Positions 1 through 14,202 of a stretch of 64,000 nt of DNA are shown one piece after another (the first letter of the stretch is position 1; each line of letters starts with the position of its first letter). A program made the position numbers and the translations under genes. Under the pieces are notes generated by a model that worked only from the letters and a program-made list of their open reading frames with translations, was not told where the DNA came from and searched no databases. The stretch spans positions 13,516,001 through 13,580,000 of the forward strand of contig CM097884.1 in the NCBI GenBank assembly GCA_044892505.1, read 5' to 3'. Source of the stretch: Schmidtea nova. Taxonomy: Eukaryota.

Positions 1-2399
1 AATTACTGTGTTTACAAAAAATTTGTTTGCATTGTTTTAAATTTTGACTCCTCGTGTTCTTGCGTTGATTGCATAATGGCCAACATATTCAAAATTTTAT
101 TTTTACACAACAGTTTTATTATTAGATAGTAATTAAAAAGAATTTAAAATCTATTTCACCTATAAAACACCTATAAAATAGAATATTTAAACGAGTAGTA
201 AAAAATAACAAATAAGTTAACTAATTAACCTATATTATTAACCTATACAATTAGAAAAATATTTTAAGATTCAAATTATTTAAAATATATGTAAAATCCT
301 AAATTTTAATAACATACTTTTTAGGTTTCTTTTCAACTTTTATTTTTTTATATCATTACACTCTTTAGTTGATTAGTTGACCTACTTAAATTTTACAATA
401 GTTAGATGTGACCTTTATTTTTGATCTCAAGCGAATAATTTTACCTTAATCCAATTTACTTTCATAGAAACCAAGTGGCTGTCAGGAAACCGATCACATA
501 CTTTTTAAAGTTGACATACTATTACTAGGGATTAGTCTATCTACGCATCTATCTACGCATCATACTATTCTTTTTTGGTAAATCATATATACTCTCGTTT
601 ATTCTTCAATTAAAATAGTAAACTCTGAATTAAATTAGTTTGCTTATATATAAAGGTTTCCTATCAATATTCATCGTTGAGGATTTTTTATGGAAATCAA
701 CTTGATTTAACTGAATAATTCCTTTTAATTTTTGTATCTCAAATTTTGATTCTCCGAAAATCATAAAATCTTTTTTCTCATACACAATGGTTAATGATAT
801 TAGATGTTGCTAGAACATCTTCTAAATTATTTTCTAAATTAGATTGAGAAGTTGAAGTCATAATTCCAAGTTTTTATTTTATGAAATATTATATAATTTT
901 CAAAGAAATTTTCAGCCTTGAACAAAATATTTTAAAATGTATAAATTTAAAATTATTTATAAAAATTATATTTTATTAAAATTTAATTATATATTTATCG
1001 CTTCAAATTACCGACTTATAAATATTTAAATTTAAATTATAAAAATATAAATACTCATTTCATTATAAAAATTATTTTAAAACTTATTAAATTTAAATTA
1101 TTTATCATTTTAAATTATTTTAATAAATCGATAAATATTTAGTTCTCAACTGAAAACACCTCACAAATGAGATAAACAAATTTTTAATGAATTAATTTGC
1201 ATATTAGATCTCTACCCTCTTATTTTGAAATATTTCTCTATTTTCAATTTTTCAATTAACACCTATTTCTAATTTTCTTTCCTAATAAATGTTTAAAAAA
1301 TAATTTCGATTGAATAATAACACTTAATGTTAACCTTTAATTTTTTATTATTTTACATTATTTTTACCTAACTCCAACCTTATTGATTATGAACAAAAAA
1401 TAATTATCAAAAAAGAGTTCAATTTCCTTTATTTTTATCTTATCTTAAAATTATAGATCAATAATTTATTTTTTTAAATACAAATTGATCGTATAAAAAC
1501 TCAAATTAATCGAATGGTTAGTTTTGTTTCATTTTCTAAGCGTTTTTTTCAAATGAGATTTTTTTAATATATTTTTTTATTTATTCATGATTTAATCCGA
1601 TGTGAAAATGTCAAATTGGAATTAATAATTAATCTTATTGATATTTACTTAGTTATAAACATTTATTGCTTTAGAAATGGTTAATTAGTTTTTACTGAAT
1701 ATCAAAAAATAAAAATTTTTTTAGATCTGAAAATATAATCGAAGATATTTTTGTCAATGAAATTTTTGCCGTAATAAATGCACTTAAAATGGATTGATCA
1801 ATTTTAAAATACCAGTATAGAAATTTCTTACTCACTGATAGTGTTTCAAATTGTACTGTAAAATTTTTCAAAAAATAAAATTTTGTTTTTAATTTTGAAG
1901 AAATTTATAATTTTATAATTTTTTTCATAGCAAAAAAACTGTATACAATATCAAACATTTGCATTTAAAATTAAAAAACTAACATTGAACTCTAAAATAT
2001 TTAGCATTTAGTCGCGAGTAAATATAGATTATTAAAATTGTAAGTTACAAAAATATGTAAATTTAAAGTTTATTGGTTTTCATTAAATTTTCTAAATAGC
2101 TGAAAAACAATCTTAAATTTTTGTTCCTGCTAAAGAGAAACAAAAAATTCGACATTTTCAGTAAAAGGTTTAAATAAGATTTTCAAACTTTCATGGAGAC
2201 GACCGGTATAGAAGTTGATACAAACGTAAGCGAAGATTTCTAACTATGGGTTTACTTGTTATACCAAAATATTTTTCTTAATTATTGACAACTATCTCAG
2301 ATTTGATATTTATAAATTTCATCTATCTCCCATTAACTTTCGATCACAAAACGCTTGTTTCAATTGCCTAGCCAAAGTAGAATACCTTGTCCTTTACGC

Positions 2400-3100
2400 C
2401 AGTGGTTCTCAACCTTTTTGGTCTCGAGACACACTTTAATTATGCAAAATTTAAGATGGCACACCATTGAAGTAAAACTGTATTAATGCACTTTGTATTA
2501 CTGAATTTTGAACAGTTTTAAAATGTCATTTTAAAAAGTGTTTATCAGTATTTCTGGAAAAAACATCTTTTTATTACAATAAAGGATAAAATTTAAAAAT
2601 GCAAATAATTGAATGCTAAAAGTAAGTATTCAAGAATGCTCAGGTTGGCCTGGTTGGGCGTTACATTTTATTAGGCATAATTTACATTTTGACATATTTT
2701 AGTAATTTTTTAAATAAAGCAGAGTATGATTAAGTCTAACGAAGACACGAAATTCAGAAAAGTATTCAAGAAAATTATAACAATTTCAAAAAGCAGTAGT
2801 AAATATAGATGAAGATTTATGAATTTGATTTATATAAAACTTGTTAGACTAATTATTTTCAAAAATACAATTACTAAAGGACAATTGTGTTAAATCAAGT
2901 GGAAGAAAATAAAATAATTACTATATGTTCTTTTTAATAAGTAGCATAAGAACCTTTTGTCTTTGAGATTGTTTTCTCTCTACTTTTGATTTATAAAGCA
3001 CCTACTTTATCATTCTGATCAAATGCCAATGATTTGCTTAACATTTCGCAATTCTTTGTTGCCTTTAAATTTCTTTTATATGTAAATTTTCAATGTAAAA
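2400..3100. mobile_element. hAT (Charlie/Buster-like) remnant; left terminus only, right end not located
   Basis: CAGTGGTTCTCAACC at 2400-2414 is the same TIR as the hAT MITEs at 24442 and 32758. The extent is approximate. Confidence 0.45.
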
Positions 3101-3429
3101 ACTGGTTTTGATAAATCTGTAATAATCTTATTTACTTTTATTTTCAAACTTTCTCATGAAAATATAATTGATTCATTATCAGTTTCACGTTATCATAAGC
3201 GAAATTCAGATCGTCCCAAAATGAGTTTTATTTATTGTTATATATTCCAGAAACTTGTCAGTGTTAAAATTATGTATTTGTCTTGAGATTATTATGAACT
3301 TAGTTCTAATTAAAATACAAGTGATCTAAAAAATAAGTTTACTATAGTTTAATAATATTATAATGAAATGTCATTTGTTGGAAGCCAGTACTAATTAAGC
3401 TGATTAAGATAATATACTTTGAGTATTTA

Positions 3430-3520
3430 GGGGCCGTCCATAAAGTACGCCACGCTCCAGAAGAGGGGAGGGGTGTTAAAAATTGTCAAAAATGGCGTGA
3501 CGTACTTTATGGACGGCCTC
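3430..3520. mobile_element. 91-bp MITE with 26-bp TIRs
   Basis: GGGGCCGTCCATAAAGTACGCCACGC (3430-3455) matches the reverse complement of 3495-3520 (GAGGCCGTCCATAAAGTACGTCACGC) at 24/26. Flanks are TTTA and TTAA. Confidence 0.8.
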
Positions 3521-4223
3521 TTAATAATCTACATTATTTCGATAAAAAAAGTACAGCGTAATTATTGAATATTTTTTCGTTTAACTCATTATTTGAAGAA
3601 AATGAAGAAATTCACATGAATCGAACTTGTAATCAAGATTTGTTCATTTTAAATCTAGGATAAAATAGCCAAATAACATTTTGCAAAATATGATTAGAAT
3701 TAGCTTTCATAATTTTGATATTAAAATTAATTTAAGTAATAGTATCATGAAGGGATTTATTTTTTATCATTAACATTCAAATTTTGTAGTTTCATAGAAT
3801 TTGCTATGACTCGGTTAACTCGAAAATTTATTTTTATACTATTTAATTCATATTTTTTTATCAGTGAATATTGAAGAAAATACACATTTATAAATTTGAT
3901 TATTGTTAATTATCGACTAACAAATGGAATATCATAAAAGTTTAATGTTCATCAACAACGAGTCTTTGACATTTTCTTTTTGGTCATGTTCATTAATTTC
4001 ATTTAGCAATATCACTATAAAATGACTTTATCGATTTTTTAATGTGACAGTAAATCGATTTATTAGAATTTTTTTTGATATTTTCAAATTAGTCGCTTTA
4101 CAGTTTTAAAATGCCGACGAAGGTAGTTTTAAAATAAATAATAATTCCTTTATAAAATTATTTCTTTGTTCATATTTAATTTTAAATTTTATATAAAATA
4201 AATGAAACTTATCCATATTATAG

Positions 4224-4331
4224 TTGACCCAAGCATTAGAAGATGAGAGAAATAAGCATGAACGCGATGCAGCTCAGGGAGACGATGTTCTTGTAATGCT
4301 GGAAAAGGAGCGTGAAAGGTTAAAATCAGAA
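4224..4331 (+). CDS. CTTNBP2NL: Exon of a CTTNBP2/CTTNBP2NL-family coiled-coil protein
   Basis: TTATAG acceptor, GTAATA donor, 36 codons LTQALEDERNKHERDAAQGDDVLVMLEKERERLKSE. This matches the family motif LEEER..H....A.GDDV..MLEKERERL. Family-level call; the paralog is not resolved. Confidence 0.85.
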
Positions 4332-4677
4332 GTAATAACTTGTTTTTAGTTTATATAGCTTTCTTATTTGTAACAATTTTCTATTTAAAATTTCAAAAGC
4401 TTAATATTTTAAATAAACTTTAATAATTCTATTAAATAAAAATCTCTAAATTTAAAATTACAATACTTTTTATTTGCAAATTGGATTTTGGGTGCCACAT
4501 TTTATGTTTTAGGCTGGTGCTAAAGTAATATATTAAAATTAACATTAATAATTCTATGATAAATCTCATTGATAATAACCAAAATAATATATCGATTTAA
4601 AGATTGTTTTATCATCATATTAGATAGATTGGTTTAAATTAAAATTATTTTTTTATTTACTAATAAAATAAAAATAT

Positions 4678-5623
4678 ATGTCAAAACAGGATTTTTGCCA
4701 AATGTATTATCAATAATTTGAACTTAGGCGTAGTGCAACTTCAACTGCTCAAAATATTAAACAAGTTTGGACCTATGGTAGTGTAAATGTATGTACAGTC
4801 ATTCGTCTGTTTCAAAAATTTCAAATTTGAAAAATCAACATTGAAGATAAAGAAAGTCGCAGCCGCCTCTCTGTTTTTTCCGACGACCAAGAATCGAAGA
4901 TAACTCACTCACATCAACGCTAGAAGTAGCAAAAAAAGTCGCTGATAAACATCGTTGTCGTTCGAAACAAATCGGAAAGGCGAAGAAGCTTGACACGTTG
5001 ATGCCGCATAAATTGAACAAGAATAAAAGGAATCGTCATTACGATGTTCGCATCGTGCTTCAATTACACAACAATAACAACCCATTAAATGATCGTATAG
5101 TGACGTGTGATGAAAAAATGGAATTTTTATGATAATAGAAGGCGTTCTTATCAATGGTTGAAAAAGAATAAAACACTGAAACACTTCCAAAAATCGAAAT
5201 TCCGCCAAAAGAAGGTTTTAGTGACTGTTTAGTGGTCTACTGCTGGCATTATCCACTATAGCCTTCTCAATCCTGTCGAAACGCATCAGAAACTTCGAAT
5301 TTTTTTTCCAGAATTGGTCAACAGAAAAGAGCTAATCCTCTTACATGACAACGCTCTGTCACACGTCGCACGACTTACGCTACAGAGCTTAATGAATTGA
5401 GCTACAATGCTATTCCTCATTCACCATCTTCATGTAACCTCTTACCAACAAATTAACACTTTATTAAACTTTTAGTCAACTTTCTTAGTTGTAAAATCTC
5501 CAGAAACCAGGATGCAGCTGTGAGTTTGTCCAAAGTCAATTTTTTTATGTTAACGGGATAAACAAACTTTTATCTTGTTGGAAACAGTGTATCGAATCTA
5601 ATAGTTCTTATTTTGTTCAATAA
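4678..5623 (+). pseudogene. Decayed mariner transposase in an intron of the CTTNBP2-family gene
   Basis: Broken frames give an HTH-like N-terminus (RSATSTAQNIKQVW..VIRLFQKF), IVTCDEK/WNFYDN, KKVLVTV*WSTAGIIHY, LHDNA and KQCIESNSSYFVQ*. Confidence 0.85.
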
Positions 5624-5932
5624 AGTCAAGTATTAACCAAGTTACAGTGTCTAGAACATGTATGCTTTTATATAACCTCAATTATTTACATGTGATTATT
5701 TACAAAAGCTAGTTTCAAAGTATTGAATTTTGAATAAATATACAATCCTGAAATCTCGGTAGAGTTATCACTGAATCATTAAAACAAATAGAAATATTCA
5801 TAAATTATTTTGATCATAATAAAATACTTCATTTTATTTTATATAAGATCCTTGAAAGCAGCTTAAATTCAAATAGTTTACGAAACACAATAAAATCAAT
5901 TTTCAAATACAATTTATTTCCCCAAAAACCCT

Positions 5933-5934
<2 letters not shown>

Positions 5935-5994
<60 letters not shown>
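5935..5994. repeat. (TA)n microsatellite, about 30 units
   Basis: Read directly from the sequence. Confidence 0.97.
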
Positions 5995-5997
<3 letters not shown>

Positions 5998-8900
5998 ACA
6001 CGTTTAAACAAAAATTTCTAAAATTTACTTAAAATTAAAGCAATTTATACACAATTATTTACAAAATGTGTACTCAGGACATGCCAATTGTCTTTGTATT
6101 TGCCCGTCATGTCGACACTCAGCACGAACTGTATAACACAGAAGATTGACATTTTTCATAAGTCTTCAGAACCTAATAAAATGAAATGAATAGTAATATC
6201 TTTGAATGCATGAGTGTCAGAAGCCATCTTACTAAGCACGATGGATTGAGAAATATATTTAGCCAGTTTTATGATAAGAAGCTAGTTGGACTACTTTGCG
6301 TTAAATGAATTAAATGTTATCATCATTATTTTGTAATTAAAGAATTCAATTGTAAAATCCCCAAGCTATATTTCATGCACTTTATATAATATATTTTTCT
6401 ATTGCTTTATCTTTTTAAATATTCACTAATAACACTTGTCAACAGAACTTTTTTTGTCGCCGATCTTGATTGAGTTTTGTTTAGTTTTAATATAATTGGT
6501 TTGGAATCATCCTTTAAAGATTTCGTCCTCAAAAATAGGCATTTTTACTCCCCTGGTTACATTTATTAAAAAACAGGCATCCTTTATTTTCAGAAGAAAT
6601 TTAGAACATCGAATTTATAGGTTTGCAGATTTGCTTTAACAAAATATTGTTTTCGCTATAATTTAGTAAAAATAGTCCGAATTTAAAGAACCCATTTATA
6701 CGGAACGATATTATATGTGTCTTTTAATCCTTTAACTACATGTTTTATTGCAGTCAGTTTCTAAAAGTTTATCGTCATCTCATGGTTATCTGAAAATATC
6801 AAAGACATTTTTGTAGACAGCTGTTGGCACAGATGAACTGCTATGACTTCCATTGATTGTCTTCACACACAGTTTGTGTTTTATATTCAACATCCATATT
6901 CCTTGTGCATGTTTAACTGTTTCTTTTTTTCTTCGTTCATAATAACTTCATTTGTTTTAAGACTTAACAACCTCATTTGAGTCTATTTCTACTTCTTTAA
7001 TGGTTCGTATGGATTTTAACATATCCTGACGTGTCTTTACATTGTCCAAAAAAGACAAGTTTTAGCTGCTTTTTGTTTTTTCAGATCTTGCAACTCCAAC
7101 AGTTTCGTTTGATAGACGTCTGTATTATTTTTAATATTTTCCATTTTTTATTTGTATTCTATTGTTGCTTTTCATTTTTGATACATTGGTTTGCGGAACA
7201 ATAAAATTTGTAAAATTTTTGATAGTCAACCATGGATATTTATAGCAATTAAAATATTAGTACTGCAGCATTAAATAATATTATTGTTTTAATACAAAAA
7301 TAGCTGAAGCCAAAAATCCCGAAAATAAAATATGGGTCTTAAATTAATTCAATAATATTATCAACATAGTAACATAATGTTTTTATTCCTAGCTATCAGT
7401 CTTGATATTACCAGTCACTATATAATGCAGTCACAGATAGAAGGAAAGTGTAAATTGTTACCGAAAGTGCTCATTTCGAAAACCTTCGAACTTGGGCCAC
7501 CGGCCTTTGTCCCCATTTTCTCCATTTGTGGAGACTCCCTCCTTCATTCTTAAGGATGTTCATAATGAATGCTCCGTTTTTTTACTTTTCAAATAGTTTT
7601 TCATCTTCTTTTCGTTAACATTTTTAAATCACTTTCTAAATGATTAAACTAAGCCTTAAAATTCCAATTTCAAATGTCGAAATTACCTATAATTTAAAAT
7701 GTAAACTTTCTTTAGTCACCTTTCTATTTTTAACGTAAGTATTTGCTATCGATAAATTATTCATAAATATATCTAAATTTTAAACTCGTGATGTGGAAAC
7801 TTGGAAACTTGTGATTTCATAATGAAGTCAACTATAAATTTTGAATATTTCTATTTGGAAACGTATTAATTTTTAATCACTATCCATTGTAACAAAATTG
7901 CAACCTGTCTAGATTTTAAGATGTTTGGGTTTATACTTGGCCTGCAAATTAATTCAGGTATTCTTGTGACCTGTGTCTGTGGGAGAGTATGCATAGCTCA
8001 ATAATTGGGTAAGAGACGCACTTGAATCTGCCGACAAAATTATTACCCTCCGCTTCATATTAACCCAGGATTAAAGTAGCATGGTGAAACGGTTAAAAAT
8101 GTTTCTTAAGATTTCAGACGCCGAAGCTAATGCTTGTGTGTTCATTGGTCCGTATATGAAAGATCCTAGAATTAATTTTGTTGGAAAAGCTGATGTGGCT
8201 GAAGCAGTACCACATAAATACACATCCTGATACTGCTAGTGCTAGTACATTTAGTTCTGTAAAAATGTGTAATGCGGAATTATTAAAAGATGGAAATTAT
8301 TAAGTAACTTAAGGGAAATTATCTTGATCAAAAAGATCGTAATATAAAATTATATTTGTATCTATGATTTTCTAAAATTATCAATGCAAAAAAATTTAAT
8401 TTAAAAATTGTCGACTCTGTTTTAATGTTTAATGAAATCTCAAATAAAATTATTTTGAAACACAAGTTGAAATGTGGGTTCTATTTAATTATTGTGCCTA
8501 TAAAAATAAAATTTTGTTGGTGTTTCAAAGTTTTATTATCAGATTGTTTTTAACATTTCATGTTTAGTATGTGTAATTTCATAAATGAAATAAAAAATTT
8601 AGTCATATATTTGTATTTAAATTATTGAACAAAACAGGAAGTGAAGATCAATATTTATTTTTTATATGCAGTTTCAAATTTTGACTTTACTATAAAATAT
8701 CAATTGAAAGATTTTTTATATATTTTACCATTTTTATCTTGTTATGTACTATTTTGACTAATAAAATTATTCTTTCCAAATTGTTGCTATTCCGATAAAC
8801 TTTATTTCATGAAGGTGCTTGAAAATTTCATTGTTTTACTATGAAGATATTTCTCATTATAGTTTTTATTGCAGTCTATCTAATCATTAATGCAAAGTTA

Positions 8901-11310
8901 GTCTGAAGTCATAAAATTTGATTATTGCTGTCAGTTATAATTGTATGATTGAATTTTTTAGTTTGTTTATTTGGATAAATATTGTTAGGTAAATTTACGA
9001 AAATCAGTTAGATATTTGAAAAATGGTCGAAATGTAAGGTGAATTTATGGAAATCAGTGCTGTGATGACTAATTAATGAAGTATTTTTATCAAAACATGG
9101 TAGAAATACTACTTAAACTTTGCTATTATTATTGTTAAAATTAATATTTTTTATGTAATAAAGATAATGAACGCATTTTTTCGTCTGTTTTCATTGTGTT
9201 ATAACTGCTTTATATAAATTTAAGTTGAATCTTTTATTTTAAAGAAATGAGAGTATTAATTTGAGGATGTTTTCTGGGCACTTTTTAATTATAAATTTAA
9301 ACATCAGTTGTAATGAATAAATACTGACCCGTTCTTAAATACGATCTATTAGATCAATCTGTTTTTAGCAAATTTTTTTTTGTTTCAAGAGATCTTATGT
9401 ATTTTATTTAGAACCAAATTTAAATGTTTTTACAACTGCTTTTAAATCTTTATTAATAGTCTTTTCTCGATTTTCTCTGAACTTTAACTACTACTTTTTA
9501 TTTTGAAATTTTAATGTAATTAATATGTTCCTTACTATTACACCTTAAATTATCAATGAAAGTCTTAGTGAATTTAATTCCGGAATACAACACATTTATG
9601 AAAGTATAAAGTTAAGAATTAAGAAATAAATTAAATTCTAGCCATATTAATACAACTACGCCCTTCCATTACTTACTCTTTCTAGACAGCTTGATAGTTG
9701 TTTCAAGTATTACACAGTATTTAGCCAAATTGGCTATTATAAATGGAGTCAATAGACATCTCCTTCGCTACTCATAGTGATAGTAAACTTGATGTGCATA
9801 ACTCCGAGGACATCAGAATGATCTACACATAGCAACCTCATATTTCTGTTAAACTTTTTATCTTTCAGAAATAAATCAACGAATTCCTTATTCTTAACAA
9901 TTTTTATTGTTCTAGCTTACTTTCCAGTGTATTTAACATCACGAATTGAACTGTATTTATTATTCAAATTTCTTTATGTACAACATTTTTAATAGTTCCC
10001 TTTGGCACCTGAAAATCTTCTGCAATGACGCTCATTGAATTTCTGCTTTATGTAAGATAATTTTCTGAACCCATTGTATAAATCAGTTTCATGTTAGTAT
10101 CAAAACATTGAGAATGCTGTTTTGCTTAGATGGAGGTGAAACGTTTTCACCTGGGTTTCTATATACCATTTTGAATTTTATAACTTAATGAACAAGCAAT
10201 TTTCAAATATTTTTCAATTTTTAAATCAATAACTTTCATATTAATAATTGTATGACTATAGATCAAAATGTTTTTAGGTTTTTAGGTACAAGGTAAATAA
10301 AATAAGTTTCCTTCAAATGGATAGCCTGAAGAATTTGTAACAAAATACTTTCTTAGCAAACACTACCACAATATACTCAAAAATAAGAAACGTCAGAAAC
10401 ACAATAACAAATACACCACGTATCTACAATTTCATTTCTTAAATGACACTACAGCCAATGACATCAAAAAAATTTTCCTAATCCTGTTTTACTTTTACCA
10501 CTTTTGCACCGTTAAAATCACAACTTCGAAGGCCACCAATATCAAACATCTCTTAACATAAATGTGTTTGCCTTTCTATGATCAGATGCTTTTGCTTTTC
10601 CTAAAATATAGTATATAAACTTATCTATCTAAAATGTGACGCTATTTACGTAGGAGAAACACATACAACTTATCGCATCCGACTTAATGAACACACTAAA
10701 AATAAAACCAGCAATTATAAACGGATACTGTGAGAAAGTACATAAAAAGACTATACGGATTAGGAAATTCATTACAAAGATTAGCTTCCGAGACTTCTTT
10801 TATACTAAAACACAAACCGTCCATCACCATGCAATTCGCATAAAAAATGATGTTTAAAAATTCAAAATAAAATTGATATTTTTCCAATAAAATTATTTTC
10901 AAAGAGAAAATAAATAATTAAATATATTATACAAGATTAAGTTAATATAACGATTGAAATACACGCTTAATAAAGACTGTTCCAAAATATCGTGTACTTA
11001 CACATCAAAAAGAATTTTGATATAGACAAAATTATTAATATGAAAATTATTGATTTAAATAAAAAAAGATCAAAGATGAAATCAAAAGAAAATCTCTAAA
11101 TTGTCTACGTTTTGGGCTTAAGATTAGCAACATCAGTAATCCTTTTCATTTCTTGAGCCAGTTGAGTCATAAGGTATCTGGAAAAAAACAAGTGTATTGG
11201 AAACAGAAAATTAAATAATAATTACACTTTGTAATTTTTTAATAATACCAATTTTAATTTGTAAACTATTCTTAATACATTTAGAAATTTCAATTTTTTA
11301 AAATTTTTAG

Positions 11311-11553
11311 TTAGAATTTGAGAAATCTCATTCTCGAAAACTAGAACGTGAACTTAAGAGAACGGCGGCTGTGATAGAAGATCAGAAAACATTGATTCAA
11401 AATCAACGTCTGGCAGCATCTGTGATATTAAAAGCCAAAAAACAGTTGGAAAATGAATTGAAAATGTTCAATCAAAATTTTACAAAATCAACTAATTCTT
11501 CAGATTTATCCAGTATTGAATGTCCGAAATTCCATCATGATTCAACTGAAGTT
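11311..11553 (+). CDS. CTTNBP2NL: Next exon of the CTTNBP2/CTTNBP2NL-family gene
   Basis: TTTTTAG acceptor and GTAAGA donor, 81 codons. It joins exon 4224-4331 in phase 0 to give ERERLKSE|LEFEKSHSRKLEREL, matching the family ERERL...LEFEK. Confidence 0.85.
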
Positions 11554-12315
11554 GTAAGAATGCATATATATTCACTTGAAATATACAATTTTACTATAGT
11601 TTTTACATTTTAAAGATTCTGCAACATTATGATTTGGTATATAAAAGTAATTTCTCTATCAAATAAAATAAAATCTACCAACTTTTTACATGATATTGAT
11701 GCGTAAGAATATCATTTTTGAAGGATTATGAAAAGCCTACCAGACAAATCAGCTTTTTAAGCTCACAAATTTACCTTTTTATATTATATTTATACTATAT
11801 TTTCATCATTCGGGAAAATAACTAAGTTAATATTAGTTAAGATATTTTTTATGTTTTGATTAAAGATGTTAATTGCAATTTTATAACAGTGGTGCAGTTT
11901 GAAACTATTAATCGAATATAATGCAATTAAAATTTAAAAAAAAATATTGTTGTCTTTCAAAAAATTATTTAACCTTATGAAAATCCTTAAAAACTGACAA
12001 TCATTAACTGAATTAAAAAACAAATATAGCATATGATAAAAATAGACGACAAACCTTATTAAATTACTCTCGTTTTTAACCATAAAATCTTCATTAAAAT
12101 ATAGAATATCATATAATCAATCAAAATCAATTAACTTAAATACAAGGTTATTCAATTATATATCCTTTAATACAAATTAATAAGTACAATTATTTTAATT
12201 TATAAATCCAATTATTCGAATTAATAAATTCAATTATTTAAATTAATATGAATAATATGAAATAATATAATAATATTATTATAATAAATAATATAATAAT
12301 AAATAATAATAATAA

Positions 12316-12537
12316 TATTATTATTATCAATAATTCTCATAATGACTATAGATCAAAATTTTTTTTATAAACAATAACACAATATTTCGGCACAGCCTTT
12401 ATCAAGTGTGTATTTCAAAATATATACATATTTCAAAAAATACACACTTGATAAAGGCTGTGCCGAAATATTGTGTTATTGTTTATAAAAAAAATTTTGA
12501 TCTATAGTCATTATGAGAATTATTGATAATAATAATA
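12316..12537. repeat. Palindromic Penelope pLTR-like repeat, copy 1
   Basis: Arms 12316-12414 and 12439-12537 (99 bp) are exact reverse complements around a 24-nt loop. It is followed by the tail AAAAAAGATCAAAGGTGAAA, shared with copies 2 and 3. Confidence 0.85.
12439..12480 (+). ncRNA. Minimal type I hammerhead-like ribozyme, U3-A8 core variant (mirror copy on minus strand at 12373-12414)
   Basis: AATACACAC-TTGATAA-A-GGC(TGT)GCC-GAAA-TAT-T-GTGTTATT. Core UUGAUAA, 3-bp stem II, GAAA, palindromic stem III (AAUAUU) and stem I of 4+4 bp with one bulge. Predicted cleavage at 12472/12473. Confidence 0.65.
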
Positions 12538-12570
12538 AAAAAAGATCAAAGGTGAAAAAAGATAATTATG

Positions 12571-12603
<33 letters not shown>

Positions 12604-13395
12604 TAATAATAATAATATTATAATAAATAATAATATTATAATAAATATAATAATATAATATGAAATAATATCCTTTAATACAAATTAATAAGTTCAATTA
12701 TTTTAATTTATAAATCCAATTATTCGAATTAATAAATTCAATTATTTAAATTAATAAATTCAATAATTCAAATTAATAAATACATTACACTAAAAAAGTA
12801 AAATATTTTAACCATTTTCATAATAATGTACATAAAACACAGATTATTCCGATAATATAATTAAATAAATAAAAATGAAAGTCTTAAGAAGACTCAACCA
12901 AACTGTTAAACTTGTCTATTATTCGATAGAGAAAAGTCGATTCTTAAGATAACATTGAAATAAAAATTACATATTGATTTAATTTTGATAAATTAAAGAA
13001 TAAATGATTGAAAACAAATATTTTATGCAAGATTTAAATGATATTTTTAAACTTCCAGATTTTGGTTAGCACATATATTATTTACTTATTTTTCATATCC
13101 ACCATTGCTTCATCTTCTAATATTTATAATTATTTTTCGACATGTATAATATGACACAAAGTTTGAACAGAGTTTAACATTGATTCTGATCTGTGCCTAA
13201 TTCAGCCGTTTCTTTTTTGATCGTTATCATTATTGCTATATTTATTTCATTAATTTAGACAAATAATCACAACCTGAAAAATAATTCCGACCATAGATCT
13301 CACGAAACTGGCGAACGAATCAAATACAATCAACTCTGTAAAGCTACAAGAAAAGATTCACATGATGGCCAATCGCTTGCAAATATGTAAGTTTT

Positions 13396-13542
13396 NNNNN
13401 NNNNNNNNNNNNNNNNNNNNNNNNNNNNNNNNNNNNNNNNNNNNNNNNNNNNNNNNNNNNNNNNNNNNNNNNNNNNNNNNNNNNNNNNNNNNNNNNNNNN
13501 NNNNNNNNNNNNNNNNNNNNNNNNNNNNNNNNNNNNNNNNNN
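13396..13542. other. Assembly gap (N run)
   Basis: Run of N. Confidence 0.99.
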
Positions 13543-13760
13543 AATGGATGACTATAGATCAAAATTTCTTTAAATAAGTACACAATATTTCGGCACAGCC
13601 TTTATCAAGTCTGTATTTAATTAAATACACACTTGATAAAGGCTGTGGTGAAATATTATGTACTTATTTAAAGAAATTTTGATCTATAGTCATCCATTAT
13701 GGGAATTATTGATATTAATAATAAAAAAAGATCAAAGGTGAAACAAAAAGTAATTATGAT
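13543..13760. repeat. Palindromic Penelope pLTR-like repeat, copy 2 (left end lost in the gap)
   Basis: Same GACTATAGATCAAAATT...CGGCACAGCCTTTATCAAG arm and its inverse, centred near 13620, with the same tail. The hammerhead stems are partly broken. Confidence 0.8.
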
Positions 13761-13797
13761 AATAATAATGGTAATAATAAAATGATAATAATGTTAC

Positions 13798-13837
<40 letters not shown>

Positions 13838-14202
13838 TAATAATAATAATAATAATAAAATAGTAATAAATACCAACTCATTATATTGTAAATAAATGCG
13901 ATTAATTTAAACCGAATAACAGTCATCTTCAGACAAGCATCTGGAATCAATCATAAATAGAAAACACTAAATATTCAAACAATTTAATCAATAATAATCA
14001 TTTTCAAATCGTATCAAAATTCTTTTTTTAAATAAATTTTTACAAATGAAATTTTTAATTTTTAAAAAAAGTATAAAATCATAGATCTTTCTAAAAAACC
14101 ATAAAAACAATAATTTAAATTAAATTTTTTTAAATTGAAAACAAAAACTTATTTTAGAAACACAATATTAAAAATAAAAATTATTCTCAAACTCAAACAT
14201 AA

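Noticed and set aside
2196-2236. ATG GAG ACG ACC...AAC|GTAAG as a possible first exon of the CTTNBP2-family gene
   Set aside because: Splicing it to 4224 would omit the conserved N-terminal region of the family; unsupported.
5829-6011. 60-aa ORF with a YIYIYI run
   Set aside because: It is a translation of the (TA)n microsatellite.
6400-8270. Coding-like decayed stretches in the first intron
   Set aside because: Probably TE fossils, but no frame gave a motif that could be assigned with confidence.
9600-10150. Possible Tc1-like transposase remnant on the minus strand
   Set aside because: Only a weak HTH-like peptide (MSVIAEDFQVPKGTIKN); no catalytic motif or TIR was found.
13344-13583. ORFs spanning N runs (also 45335-45564)
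   Set aside because: They are artefacts of assembly gaps.
13897-13940. Minus-strand CTGAAGA-TGAC...GGTT-TAAA hammerhead-like motif
   Set aside because: GAAA is replaced by TAAA and stem II pairs poorly; at most a dead remnant.
13732-13950. Poly-Y/poly-L ORF
   Set aside because: It is a translation of a (TAA)n microsatellite.
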